DNA from: a virus
Lineage: Duplodnaviria > Caudoviricetes
DNA: 64,000 nt
Reading direction: 5' to 3' (one strand)
Virus record (IMG/VR): IMGVR_UViG_3300011774_000001
Coordinates: 96,001 to 160,000 of that record
The position numbers and the translations under genes are program-made. The notes under the pieces are model-generated. The model was given only the letters and a program-made list of their open reading frames with translations, was not told the DNA's origin and ran no database searches. Below are positions 19,057-29,284 of the stretch, piece after piece (positions within the stretch are counted from its first letter, which is position 1; each line of letters opens with the position of its first letter).

Positions 19057-19950
19057 CTACACCTTGTAATGAAGCAGGAATTTACCCACGAACCAACCAC
19101 CTGCAGCAGGCGGCGTAATCACCACCACGTTGTTGTAGTCTGTGGAGTTTGCCTCAGGCACGTTGACGTTGGGTAGGGCATACTTGATGCAGCGAGCATC
19201 TTGCATACCGAACTTCGTGGCAGCATCAACATAAGCGTTGAGCTTGCGGCCCGAGACCAGACTCATGTACCCAACCAAGTCCTTGGCCATAGCAGTCGCC
19301 GGCAAGACACGTAGAGTGGTCAGAGTCTGCAGCAGTGCACTGAACTTGGAGAAGTCAGCCCCGTAGGTCATGAAGTCTGCCAAGTTATCTGGATTGCCAC
19401 CTGGAGCCACACCGCTGACCAATGTCAACAGAGCTGGGGTGGTGGCAGGAACCTGTTCACTGACTGGTTTCTTGGTGGCCTTGCGGTTCCATCGGAACGA
19501 CCCAATCCAAGCCGGGTTGGTGGCTGGGAAGCCCCAGATGTACGCAGTGCCCAATGCAGCGGTGACTACAGCGCGGTCAGCATCGCTGGCAATGAAGTTG
19601 GTGCCGTACTTCTGGTTGATCCAGCGCATGGCTGATTCTACCTTGATGGCAGCGCCGTTCATGTCTGATGGTGTGGCGTAATCGTCAATTATTGGCACGC
19701 CTTGTTGGAACAAGACGTCCGAAGACATGCGACGATAGGTGAGCACCGTGGTGGCCATGTAGCCAGAACCAGCCTTTGGCATCACAGAGATCTGTGTGTT
19801 GCGAATCCCCTGACCAGTGATCGCTGCCGGAACACCCAAACGACAGTTATCTGGCGTGAGTTTGTACGGCAGCTGAGGATTGTCCCGATTGATCAAGTCA
19901 AAGACCAATTCGGCAGATGTTTTTCGATAGTCTAAGTCCATCTTCTTCAT
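19057..19950 (-). CDS. virion tail/baseplate-fibre paralog
   Basis: Family motifs; ends GKFLLHYKV. Confidence 0.75.
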   Translation of the reverse strand: MKKMDLDYRKTSAELVFDLINRDNPQLPYKLTPDNCRLGVPAAITGQGIRNTQISVMPKAGSGYMATTVLTYRRMSSDVLFQQGVPIIDDYATPSDMNGAAIKVESAMRWINQKYGTNFIASDADRAVVTAALGTAYIWGFPATNPAWIGSFRWNRKATKKPVSEQVPATTPALLTLVSGVAPGGNPDNLADFMTYGADFSKFSALLQTLTTLRVLPATAMAKDLVGYMSLVSGRKLNAYVDAATKFGMQDARCIKYALPNVNVPEANSTDYNNVVVITPPAAGGWFVGKFLLHYKV

Positions 19951-19991
19951 CCCAGTTGGAAGGGGCCGGGGAATACCCGGCCACTATGCCG

Positions 19992-20876
19992 TCAGTCCGC
20001 CGAGTTCGGGTTATCCGGGTCGTTGAAGTGCAGGTAGAAACGGCCGGTTGGTGTGGTTACACCAGCACGCAGTTCCAAACACATCACGTACTTGTACGAC
20101 TGGTTGGTGGGAAAGACCATGGAGTTCAGACCACAGAAGATCACATTGGCGCCGTTGAGCGACCAGGTGTTGCTGCTGTCGGAGTTATTCCACAGCGCAG
20201 CGCCTGGACCCTGATCGAGTGCCTTGAGTGCTGTCACCAAAATGTCGGCGTTAGCAGAAGACAGTACGCCTTCAGCCATGGCCAGCAATTGATCCCGGTA
20301 GCCTGTTAGGTTGAGCGGGTAGGTGTACAGCAGTGCCGAGGTCTGGGTCGCCGGGTCGGCCACTGGATAGTTCAAACCATTCAACGCCTTGACCGTGGTC
20401 AGGGTGTCGATGTTTGCACCACCTTGAACAACGTCAAAGGACAATTGACCCAGCCACAGTGGCGAGGTGTCCTTGGCTTTGATAGTCACCGTACCAGCAC
20501 CCTGCGCATCCAACACCACAGGCTCACTGAGAATATCCTGCGGACCCAGCACAAGGCCGAAGTAGTACAGGATGTTCGACAGCAGGTCGAGGGTGGTTGC
20601 AGGCTGGTATACCGGCAATGGGCGGGTAGGGCGGAACTTGGCGAAGTCTGCCAAAGTAAGACGATCGTACTTGACGGTCGTCTTACCTTCAAACCCAGCA
20701 CCCTGCTTAGGAGTTACCTTGGCGTAGGTGTTCTTGGTGGTGGTACCTTCCATCCACGTCCCTGCGATCGGTTTGGGATCTGACCAGGCGAGGTTGGTTG
20801 CAGTGAACTGCGTGGTACTGTTGGCCGCATTCAAATAGTTGAAGAGGGCCTGCTTGGAATCTACGAAAACAGACAT
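19992..20876 (-). CDS. virion tail/baseplate-fibre paralog
   Basis: YDRL, LNGLNYP, GRFYLHFN. Confidence 0.75.
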   Translation of the reverse strand: MSVFVDSKQALFNYLNAANSTTQFTATNLAWSDPKPIAGTWMEGTTTKNTYAKVTPKQGAGFEGKTTVKYDRLTLADFAKFRPTRPLPVYQPATTLDLLSNILYYFGLVLGPQDILSEPVVLDAQGAGTVTIKAKDTSPLWLGQLSFDVVQGGANIDTLTTVKALNGLNYPVADPATQTSALLYTYPLNLTGYRDQLLAMAEGVLSSANADILVTALKALDQGPGAALWNNSDSSNTWSLNGANVIFCGLNSMVFPTNQSYKYVMCLELRAGVTTPTGRFYLHFNDPDNPNSAD

Positions 20877-20888
20877 GGCTGCCTCCTC

Positions 20889-21776
20889 TTAAAGGTTGAA
20901 GTACAGAATCCACTTGCCTGCAAGGCGTGGGTTGCTGGCGTCGGAGACCGTGAGGATCTTCGCGTAGGCGAAGCCCGGCTTGTTGGCCTCGGGGTGAGCA
21001 GCGCTCGGCAGTGCCACACCAGCGAACGTGCCGTTGGACATGTTCCAAGGCGCAGTGTCGGCGTTGTAGGTGCCGATGGCGATCGGCCAACTGGTCTGAC
21101 GCTGAATCTCGGCGATCACGCCGCCAGCACCACTGAGGTTGACACTGCCGCCAGCCGTCCAACCCTGGGCCAGAGCGTACTCGGTGAAGTCCAGCCCCGC
21201 GAACACAAACTCAGGACGCAGGCTGCGATCTGGTTTGGCCACGAAGTCGTTACCGCCTGGCCATTGACCACCGTCCAATTCAGTGACTGTCAGGATGTCG
21301 ATACCAATCTGCTGTAGACCACGGTTCCAGGTAACGGTGAAGCTACCCACATAAGCCAAGTTGTCAGCCACGGCCGACCACACACGCGGAGTAGCGTTCT
21401 GGCTGTAGCTCCAAGCAGCGCCAGAGATGCCAGACACTGTCAGGTTCACACCGTACAACTGGTTGACGTAACCGATAGCCTGAGCCATGGTCATGGTGGC
21501 ACCGTCGTTCAGCCAGCGTGTGAAGGCGATGTTGTTACCACGGAACAGACTGGTCAGGTCACGGCGACGATACAGAACTTCCAATACGCCTCGGTACTTA
21601 CTGGACGACTTGGCCGTGATTTTGAGTTTGGTGTTACGGCCGAAACTGTCAGCGGCCACAACAACCGGTTTACCGAAGATGAAATCGGTGGAATTGATGG
21701 GCCATGGCAGCGTCGGGTTATCCGCGTTGATCTGCGCGATGGCCTCTTCGAGAGGACTGCCTGTGAGAATTGGCAT
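20889..21776 (-). CDS. virion tail/baseplate-fibre paralog
   Basis: RNT..SKYRG..YRRRDL, GKWILYFN. Confidence 0.75.
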   Translation of the reverse strand: MPILTGSPLEEAIAQINADNPTLPWPINSTDFIFGKPVVVAADSFGRNTKLKITAKSSSKYRGVLEVLYRRRDLTSLFRGNNIAFTRWLNDGATMTMAQAIGYVNQLYGVNLTVSGISGAAWSYSQNATPRVWSAVADNLAYVGSFTVTWNRGLQQIGIDILTVTELDGGQWPGGNDFVAKPDRSLRPEFVFAGLDFTEYALAQGWTAGGSVNLSGAGGVIAEIQRQTSWPIAIGTYNADTAPWNMSNGTFAGVALPSAAHPEANKPGFAYAKILTVSDASNPRLAGKWILYFNL

Positions 21777-21786
21777 GTGCTTTTAC

Positions 21787-22554
21787 CTAGGCTGGATTGT
21801 AGTGGAAGTACATGGCGCCTTGTAGGAGGCCGCTCTGCACAGTCGACTGAATAACGACACGTTGGAACGCAGGGTTGGCATCTGGTACTTCTGCCGTTGC
21901 CTTGTCCACAACCTTGCCTTTAACCCAGTCAGGGATACCCATGGCACGAGCCACTGTTTGAACGAGCGCCCAATCGGAATACTCGCCTTTGGCAGTTGGT
22001 TTCAATGCGTCTTGGATACCAGAGAAGTCCGCACCCCAGGTCCACATCCGGCTCGATTGTCGGTTGGTGGCGTTAGGGTGTTTGAAGATGTCCAGATCGG
22101 TCGTACCAATCATCGAGTCCAGCCACGAAGGACCGAACGACAGATTAAGGTCCAGACCACCGAACCACTGCAGCGAGGTCTCTGCAATCTCGATACGCGA
22201 AGAGATCGCCTCACCATCACCCAGCACAGGTGGGGTGTACTCTTCGAAGTCTTCGGGGTTGATGTCTAGGCCAAACTTGTTAGACAGGCCCAGCACAATC
22301 ATTTCACGGGTCATGGTTTCCAGAGAACGGAAATCAAAAGACGTCACGTAATCTGCCAGATCCATGCGGTCATAGTAGACATCGACTTCACCGTAGTAGC
22401 CACGCCCCGGAATACCAGAGATGGTCACCAACGTGTTACGGTCGTGCTCTGTGGTCGGCTGGGGTACCGAGAACGAGAGCCGCTTTTCCGTGAACTCCTT
22501 GGGTGGAGTGAACATGTCGTTTAGAACGACAAACATCCGTTCGGCGTTAGCCAT
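21787..22554 (-). CDS. virion tail/baseplate-fibre paralog
   Basis: RNT..GYYG..YDRMDL, GAMYFHYN. Confidence 0.75.
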   Translation of the reverse strand: MANAERMFVVLNDMFTPPKEFTEKRLSFSVPQPTTEHDRNTLVTISGIPGRGYYGEVDVYYDRMDLADYVTSFDFRSLETMTREMIVLGLSNKFGLDINPEDFEEYTPPVLGDGEAISSRIEIAETSLQWFGGLDLNLSFGPSWLDSMIGTTDLDIFKHPNATNRQSSRMWTWGADFSGIQDALKPTAKGEYSDWALVQTVARAMGIPDWVKGKVVDKATAEVPDANPAFQRVVIQSTVQSGLLQGAMYFHYNPA

Positions 22555-22564
22555 GGTTCACCCC

Positions 22565-23407
22565 CTATGCCAGGTCTGGATCGGGTTCATTAAAGTGAAG
22601 CGTCAGCTCACCTGTCATGCCCAAGCAGTTGGCATCCACCAACACGACTTTAATGAAGCGATCGTATTTGGGATTGGCTTCCGTTGGATGGTCGGCACAG
22701 ATACCCACCATGCGGATCGTGGCACCTGCCAAACTGAAACGACTGATACCTTCGGTCTTCCAGTCATCCCCCGTCTGTGTTTTGAGCAGAGGGCCCAATA
22801 CCTCAAGAGGGGCGTCGCCCACCACAATGTCCTTGAGCTGCTCGTAGGAGGTCGTGAAGTCACGCCAGTACGAATAGATCTGGGCATACGGTCGAGTAGT
22901 AGTAGCCGCTGGATAACGCAGGCCGTTGAGACGGGTCACTTTGAGGTAATCCGCCAACTGGTAGCCACCCGGACGGGTACCCACCGAGACAGTGCCAGTC
23001 CACGCCAAGCTGGTAGGCAATGCCTCCAACTCAACCACGGCGTTGTGCACTTTCTCTTCGTCGGTCAATGCACGGATCAATACATCTTTATCCGTGAGCA
23101 GCGTACCGTAGCGTTTGTTCATGGCCGCGATGATGTCGCTGGTGCTTTGCGGCTCTTTGACCGGCACCATCAGGGTCACTTGCGCAGCCAAGTCGGACAA
23201 TGGGTTGCGATGGTAGCGGAACGTCTCGGAACCGGAGTACGCTGTCTCTTGGTTTTTGGCAGTGAGTACGATCGTCGTGTTGAACTGCCCTACCGGAGTA
23301 ATCGCGATAGGTGCTTCGAAGATGTATTCACTGGCCACCAAGTCAAGCTTGTTCAGCCGGTTGATCGATTCCACCATCACATCCAAAGAGGGTTTATAAA
23401 GCGACAT
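22565..23407 (-). CDS. virion tail/baseplate-fibre paralog
   Basis: LNGLRYP, GELTLHFN. Confidence 0.75.
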   Translation of the reverse strand: MSLYKPSLDVMVESINRLNKLDLVASEYIFEAPIAITPVGQFNTTIVLTAKNQETAYSGSETFRYHRNPLSDLAAQVTLMVPVKEPQSTSDIIAAMNKRYGTLLTDKDVLIRALTDEEKVHNAVVELEALPTSLAWTGTVSVGTRPGGYQLADYLKVTRLNGLRYPAATTTRPYAQIYSYWRDFTTSYEQLKDIVVGDAPLEVLGPLLKTQTGDDWKTEGISRFSLAGATIRMVGICADHPTEANPKYDRFIKVVLVDANCLGMTGELTLHFNEPDPDLA

Positions 23408-23418
23408 AATCGTGCCCT

Positions 23419-24252
23419 TTAGGAAGTGAGGTTATAGTGGAAGTAGGCGATACCCGAGTAATCCATGGTTTGCACGTTGGCAATATCCTTGATTACCTGA
23501 ACAAGCACTCGATCGTAGTCCTTGTTAGCTTCCGGTACTTGTGCCGTACTGTAGTCGTACATGGGATTGTTCCACGCCACTGGCCAGTTCGAGTAACCGA
23601 ACGAAGCCATCAGTGTCCGCATGGCGTTCCCGTCGTTAACGATGTTGTAGAACGGGTGCTTGCGAACTTTGGCGTAATGCTCCGACCAGTCTTCACTGTA
23701 AGTGAACAACGTGATCGGTCGCTTGTTCAGCGTGTCCAGCGTTTGACCCGGATGCAGCATGACATCCAGATCGCGTACGGCAACGACCTCAGACAACAGA
23801 GGGCGCCGGCGGGTAAAGCGAATAACAAACTGGCCGATGTAGGACAATGAAGTGGTCAGGGCGACGAGGGGGATGTTGACCTCTTCGTTTTCGCCCAACC
23901 AGCTGTAGTCAACCTGCTCGAAGTCGTCGACATCCAATTGGATGCCCAACTCTTGGCCGATATACGGCAACATCGAGTGCAGGTTTCCGTTACTCAGCCC
24001 ATTGATACGGGGACGGATATCACCAAACGCGCTTGTAAGGTCCATCCGCTCGTACTCAACGGGGACCATGCCTTCATAGGTCGTATCGGGAATCGGCACA
24101 ACGACACTACGGACCAGGGTAGGTAGGGGACCCTGGACAAACTTAGGCGTGGTAAAAAGCACATCGTCCGGGCTCAACGGGGAGGGAAGGACATTCTGCT
24201 GATTGATGAGATCAACTAAAACGTCCCTGCCCTTTCCAGGGACAAGGATCAT
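23419..24252 (-). CDS. virion tail/baseplate-fibre paralog
   Basis: Start moved to 24252 (SD AGGAG); YERMDL, GIAYFHYN. Confidence 0.75.
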   Translation of the reverse strand: MILVPGKGRDVLVDLINQQNVLPSPLSPDDVLFTTPKFVQGPLPTLVRSVVVPIPDTTYEGMVPVEYERMDLTSAFGDIRPRINGLSNGNLHSMLPYIGQELGIQLDVDDFEQVDYSWLGENEEVNIPLVALTTSLSYIGQFVIRFTRRRPLLSEVVAVRDLDVMLHPGQTLDTLNKRPITLFTYSEDWSEHYAKVRKHPFYNIVNDGNAMRTLMASFGYSNWPVAWNNPMYDYSTAQVPEANKDYDRVLVQVIKDIANVQTMDYSGIAYFHYNLTS

Positions 24253-24348
24253 TTTTCTCTCCTGAAACCGTGATCTGAAGGGAAGGAATGTGTGCCGGAT
24301 GGGAAACATTCACATAGGATTAGCCCTTGCTGAAATAAGATAGGTAAG

Positions 24349-24383
24349 GGCATAAAAGAGAGTGGCCCGCAGGCCACTCTCCC
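24349..24383 (-). terminator. hairpin followed on the - strand by TTTTATGCC
   Basis: GAGAGTGGCC-CGCA-GGCCACTCTC. Confidence 0.7.
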
Positions 24384-24403
24384 ACGAGTCCTTTCGCACC
24401 GCC

Positions 24404-24958
24404 TTACGGGCCAGCCGGAGGGGTTGGGTAGTTCAGACCGCTCAGGGTGGTCACGGTGATCACGTCGGACAATGGGATGTCTTCGGCGGTCAGGGTCACG
24501 CTCAGGGATTCCAGGAAGACGTAGGAGTCTGCGTCTGCCGGGATCTGGATGACCTTGGTTTCGTTGGGAGTACCTTCCCAATCACCGATGTCGCCGTCGA
24601 TGTAATCGTCGACGGTCAGGTTGATGCCGAGTGCAGTGTTGATCTCGTCGATCAGGTCTGCGAACTTGACAGCGTCACCTACCGGAATCTCCAACGCGCC
24701 GGTGATACCAGCGGCGGCGATGAAGCCGTCGAGGGCCAGACGGTTGTAGTTCACGCTGACTGCACCGGTGTAACCCGAGTTAGCCAGAGCAGTTACTTCC
24801 AGGGAGGTGTTGGCCACTGGATTTTCGCCAGTCGCCGCCTGTGGGACACCCAGCGCCATTACAGTGCTGGAGATGGTCTTACCGGGGTTGTCGAAGTTGA
24901 TGAGATCGAAAATGATCTCCTTCGGGGCTTTCTTGAAGTCACTGACATGGAGGGCCAT
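24404..24958 (-). CDS. virion tail/baseplate-fibre paralog
   Basis: Start moved to 24958; SGYTG..YNRL, LSGLNYP. Confidence 0.75.
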   Translation of the reverse strand: MALHVSDFKKAPKEIIFDLINFDNPGKTISSTVMALGVPQAATGENPVANTSLEVTALANSGYTGAVSVNYNRLALDGFIAAAGITGALEIPVGDAVKFADLIDEINTALGINLTVDDYIDGDIGDWEGTPNETKVIQIPADADSYVFLESLSVTLTAEDIPLSDVITVTTLSGLNYPTPPAGP

Positions 24959-25058
24959 GGGGACACCTTTTTGGTTGCTGCATGATGGAAAAGGACCCGT
25001 TAGTAAAGGGCCACATATCATAGTAAAGTTATAGACAACCGCCTACCCGGAGACAACA

Positions 25059-25730
25059 ATGCAGGGGCTATTCATTACGTTGGAGGCTACAGAGGGTGCT
25101 GGCAAGGGCACTTCTCGTGGTTTCCTCGACGACTGTTTTAAGGCCTCTGGCCGAATGACCACACTAACGCGTGAGCCGGGTGGCACTCCATTTGCTGAAC
25201 GCATTCGAGAATTGCTACTAGCGCCCAGCGATGAGCCGGTGTGCAATGAAACTGAACTGTTGTTGATGTTTGGTTCTCGCATGCAACACATTCACAGCGT
25301 AATCAACCGGTATGTGGAAATGGGGTCTGTGGTGCTCTGTGAGCGATTTACCGACAGCACCTATGCGTATCAGCATTACGCCCGTGGAATGCCTAAGGCG
25401 TTAATTGACGGCCTTGTGGAGTTACTTAAACCACCTGTGCCTGACTACACCTTCATCCTCGACATCGATCCTGAGATTGGCATGGCCAGGGCCAGTGCTC
25501 GTGGTGTTCTGGATCGTATTGAACAGGAACACATCGACTTCTTCCATCGTGCTCGGAACGGTTTTCTGACACGAGCCAAGGAAGATACTTCAGGGCGTTT
25601 CCGTATTGTCGATGCAACGCCACCGATTCCAGAAGTACGCAAACAATACCTTGATCACCTACTCAACGATAATCTAATTACACCAGAGGCTGCTGCGCTG
25701 GTGAGGGAGAAATACGATGTCGCAGAATAA
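25059..25730 (+). CDS. tmk: thymidylate kinase
   Basis: FITLEATEGAGKGT, TREPGGT, ERFTDSTYAYQ, DRIEQE. Confidence 0.95.
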   Translation: MQGLFITLEATEGAGKGTSRGFLDDCFKASGRMTTLTREPGGTPFAERIRELLLAPSDEPVCNETELLLMFGSRMQHIHSVINRYVEMGSVVLCERFTDSTYAYQHYARGMPKALIDGLVELLKPPVPDYTFILDIDPEIGMARASARGVLDRIEQEHIDFFHRARNGFLTRAKEDTSGRFRIVDATPPIPEVRKQYLDHLLNDNLITPEAAALVREKYDVAE

Positions 25731-27195
25731 TTTCAACTTTGACCCAGCCCTGGTAAATGCCGAGTTTGAAAATAATCGGCAGGCCATCATCGATGGTTTG
25801 AAGGGTTTTCTTAAACTCGATTACAGCTTAGGTCATGATCCCATTCCAGAGACAGCGGCCGAAGCTGCCAGACGCTGGCTGCGCCCGGTTATTGATTGGG
25901 CTGAGAATCGTAAGGGCCACCCGGAGAAAATGTCCCGTGCCGAGGCCGAAGAGGCGGTAGACGGTATCCACAAGGACATCCGCGAACAACATGAGAACCT
26001 TGATCGGTCCATGGCACTGGTTAAGGAGATGCAGGCACAGCCCAACGCAGACCCTGCGCTGGAGTTCGTTCTTAAGACTCTAGAAGGTGCCAAGCGCGGT
26101 GGGGGCGTTGACCTGATCGAGATGTGCAATCGCGGCAAGCGTCTGTCTGACGGCCGGAGCCAGGAAGTCAAAGACATCATCCCAGTAAGCTTGCAGCAGA
26201 TCGCCCAGCGACTGCGCAGCCGGACAGGGCCAGTGGTCAGTCCTCTGGAAGTTGCAGAAGCTATCGAGGCACTACCAGAGAGCCTGCGTAAGCATCGCGA
26301 CTTGGTGGGCCGTGGACTGCTCAAGCCTCAGGTCACCTACGACCCGATAGTGACTGAAGTCAAGCAGTACATCGAAGACCTCGATGCTGCCCGTGGTTAT
26401 CTGATGCAGGCGGACATGCCTGAGCAGTTGGAACCCGTACTCGACTACATGCAAGCCCATCTGCGCTGGCTGATGACCCCACAACACGACTTCAAGCCGG
26501 TCATGGAACTCAAGCACATGGCCGAGATCATGCGCGACTGGATCGCAGCAGAAAGCCTGGCTTCGAATGTGAAGTTCGACATGAGCAACATGGTCGAGTC
26601 GCTGGACAAGTTGATTGCCCTGCACGTAGCTGAAGAACTGCCGGTCAAAGTTGAGGGGATTGACGGCCCTGCCAAGGTGAGTCGTCTGGGTTGGGCGATG
26701 GGCGTTATTAGTGATGCCATCAATGCTCATCCGTTCGACATTTCCCAGAAAGACCTGCGTGAAGTTCACACCTGGATGGAATCGATTGTGGTGAACACCC
26801 GCGGCTATGACAACCTCGGCAAAGAAGAATACGCATTGGTTCCTCTGCCGGGTAACCTGCCGGGCATCGCGATCGATTCGGTTCGTCAATACCTGGTCGA
26901 ATACGGCGAAGGGCGTCACACTGCTGAAGACCTGCGTGAAGCAGCCTGCCGTTCTGGCTCCCCAGCAATCTGCTACATGCCCGAATGGTTCGCGCAGACT
27001 TACGGCCACATGGGCAAGGGCGGCTTTGCCTCTCTGCTGTTCCACACCATGGTTTCCATAGCTGCAGAAACCACCCCCAAGAAGATCTACGTCAGTGGTA
27101 CGGAGCGCAAAGCGCTGGAGGCTGCCTTGAAGGCCGGCCAGACCACTGCATGGACAGACTTCATCCAGAATGCCGATAAGCGAGATGCGAAATGA
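25717..27195 (+). CDS. hypothetical helical protein
   Basis: 492-aa ORF overlapping both neighbours. Confidence 0.75.
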   Translation: MSQNNFNFDPALVNAEFENNRQAIIDGLKGFLKLDYSLGHDPIPETAAEAARRWLRPVIDWAENRKGHPEKMSRAEAEEAVDGIHKDIREQHENLDRSMALVKEMQAQPNADPALEFVLKTLEGAKRGGGVDLIEMCNRGKRLSDGRSQEVKDIIPVSLQQIAQRLRSRTGPVVSPLEVAEAIEALPESLRKHRDLVGRGLLKPQVTYDPIVTEVKQYIEDLDAARGYLMQADMPEQLEPVLDYMQAHLRWLMTPQHDFKPVMELKHMAEIMRDWIAAESLASNVKFDMSNMVESLDKLIALHVAEELPVKVEGIDGPAKVSRLGWAMGVISDAINAHPFDISQKDLREVHTWMESIVVNTRGYDNLGKEEYALVPLPGNLPGIAIDSVRQYLVEYGEGRHTAEDLREAACRSGSPAICYMPEWFAQTYGHMGKGGFASLLFHTMVSIAAETTPKKIYVSGTERKALEAALKAGQTTAWTDFIQNADKRDAK

Positions 27196-27887
27196 GTGAA
27201 CGAAAGATTGCCTGTATTCTTGCTATCAACAAGGCAGGCACCATTGGGCATGCGGGCAAACTCCCGTGGCACCTCCCTGACGATCTGGCGCGCTTTAAGC
27301 GCGTCGTTTCGGGTAACACCATGGTCATTGGTCGGGTGACTCACGAATCTCTTCAGGAGTTCCGTGAGGCGGCGGTGCGTAACCATGATCGCAAGGTCAA
27401 GGAAGTGTGGGATTGGTTTGAGGGTGAGAAGACCAAGCTGGAAGGCATGGACTACAAACCGGGTCGTTTGCAGCGCGAGATTGCCAAGGCAGCTTACCAG
27501 CGTGATCTGTCACTCGGCCTGATCCACCCGGTGTACGAACCCCACACCTTGCCCAACCGTCTGACCATTGTGATTTCTACCACAATGGAGCAGCCGACCA
27601 CCAACCCTGACTTGATTGTGGTGCGCTCTCCAGAAGAAGCGATCAAGTTTTGGCAGGAATGTGGTAAGGGCAATTTGTACGTCGCCGGTGGCGCCAAGCT
27701 GTACGAGGCCTTCTGGGACAAGATGGATTTGTGTCACGTCACTCTGGTTGAGAATACCGATGAGGGCGATACCAAGTTCAATTTCGAGCTGCAAAACCAT
27801 ACGTGGAAATTGCTGGCCAGACAGATCATGCGTCGTGAAGACCAGTCTGTCTCCCACACCTTCCATGTCTTTACCAAGAAGAGGTAG
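27192..27887 (+). CDS. folA: dihydrofolate reductase with a ~50-aa insertion
   Basis: IG..GKLPWHLPDDLARFK, IGRVT, LPNR, AGGAKLY, GDTKF. Confidence 0.9.
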   Translation: MSERKIACILAINKAGTIGHAGKLPWHLPDDLARFKRVVSGNTMVIGRVTHESLQEFREAAVRNHDRKVKEVWDWFEGEKTKLEGMDYKPGRLQREIAKAAYQRDLSLGLIHPVYEPHTLPNRLTIVISTTMEQPTTNPDLIVVRSPEEAIKFWQECGKGNLYVAGGAKLYEAFWDKMDLCHVTLVENTDEGDTKFNFELQNHTWKLLARQIMRREDQSVSHTFHVFTKKR

Positions 27888-27890
27888 CTC

Positions 27891-28265
27891 ATGCGGCTGT
27901 GGACAATTCAGATGGGCCAATGGCGCCTAGCACAACAAAAAAATATCCCCTTGGTGAATACCACGGTGATGTCTGGATTGTCCTGGCTGGCCCCTACCTG
28001 GGACATGGTTAAAGGCCACAAGCTTAACATCTATTCTGATGCGGAATACACGTCCAAGTTTATTCCCATGATGGCTATCTCCGAAAAAGACCACCGAGAC
28101 AAGTGGCTGGAGTTGGCTAACACAGAAGAAGTGGCCATTGCTTGTTATTGCAAAGCTGGGGCTTTCTGTCACCGCATGTTGTTGGTTGAAATATTGCGGG
28201 TATTCTGCGAACGAGAGGGAATTGAGTTTACCTACATGGGTGAACTCACCAAGGGGCTAACATGA
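27891..28265 (+). CDS. DUF488-like protein
   Basis: LAPTW and ACYC....FCHR motifs. Confidence 0.7.
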   Translation: MRLWTIQMGQWRLAQQKNIPLVNTTVMSGLSWLAPTWDMVKGHKLNIYSDAEYTSKFIPMMAISEKDHRDKWLELANTEEVAIACYCKAGAFCHRMLLVEILRVFCEREGIEFTYMGELTKGLT

Positions 28266-28819
28266 CAAACCACTACGCTTATCAGCTGCATGGTGCTTAC
28301 AAGAATCTGGTGTCTGACGTTGTTCACGCATTGCGTGGCAGCGAATGGCCAGAAGAGGTGCAAGTGCTGGACGCATTGCCAGGCATTCCTTCTGGGGTGC
28401 CTGACCTGGACGTTCAGTTCATTGTAACCAAGATGGGTTCGATCAGTCTGTCGGCTACTTCTGGCGACAGCGTTCTGGCACTCTGGAGGTTGGAGCCTGA
28501 AGTAACCGGTATCAATGAAGGCACGTATCAGCTGATGATGATCGGCAAGATGCAGGCGGCCTTTGATCGGTTCTGGGATGTCTTTCATTCCAAGTGTACT
28601 CGCATCGACATGAACCACAATCGTCGTGGTGTGCATGCACCCACCATGAATTCGCGCATCTTCTTTACCGAGAAGGTATTGCGCTTGTGGCTGAGTGAAT
28701 CGGTTGGACTGGTGTTCCGTATCCGTCCTGGTGAAATCAGTGTGGGGCAAGACCTTTACCACACCAACCGCTCGTGGCGTCGTAACGTGCGCGAGTTGGT
28801 AGGTCTCGGTGCAAAATGA
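28262..28819 (+). CDS. hypothetical protein
   Basis: ATGA coupling to previous gene. Confidence 0.7.
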   Translation: MTNHYAYQLHGAYKNLVSDVVHALRGSEWPEEVQVLDALPGIPSGVPDLDVQFIVTKMGSISLSATSGDSVLALWRLEPEVTGINEGTYQLMMIGKMQAAFDRFWDVFHSKCTRIDMNHNRRGVHAPTMNSRIFFTEKVLRLWLSESVGLVFRIRPGEISVGQDLYHTNRSWRRNVRELVGLGAK

Positions 28820-29241
28820 AAACCCCCATCAACTCTGTATTGGAAGAGTTTGTTAATGACGTAGGGCTAGCCCTGGGCATGGACTGGCGCTACCTTTACC
28901 AACCGTACTACGACGACCCCTCTGCGGGTCTGGAGATTGAGATCTCGGTCTACGGAATCTTTATCTCCTATCCAACTGGCTACAACCAGGAACGAACAAC
29001 GGTCACCTACGGGATTAGCGACAAACATAACCCGGTGGATTGGGAAACTCTCCGGGCGGGTTTGATCTTCTTCTATCGGTTGATCGGGCAGCATGTGTTA
29101 CCAGACTGCGTCACCCAGAAACCTTGTGGGTTGACCAAGTTTGCAGTGGGCATGACCAAGGCAGTGTTGCAAGGCATGCGCGATAGTCGAGTTGTACTGA
29201 TGTCATTTAAAGACGGGCAGAACGACGTACGTTTCAGGTAA
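28816..29241 (+). CDS. hypothetical protein
   Basis: ATGA coupling to previous gene. Confidence 0.7.
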   Translation: MKTPINSVLEEFVNDVGLALGMDWRYLYQPYYDDPSAGLEIEISVYGIFISYPTGYNQERTTVTYGISDKHNPVDWETLRAGLIFFYRLIGQHVLPDCVTQKPCGLTKFAVGMTKAVLQGMRDSRVVLMSFKDGQNDVRFR

Positions 29242-29242
29242 G

Positions 29243-29284
29243 GGCATAACTGCCAGTCCCGGAGGACTGGCAGGCTTTTATGCT
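29243..29284. terminator. bidirectional hairpin
   Basis: GGCATA-a-CTGCCAGTCC-CGGA-GGACTGGCAG..TTTTATGC. Confidence 0.8.
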
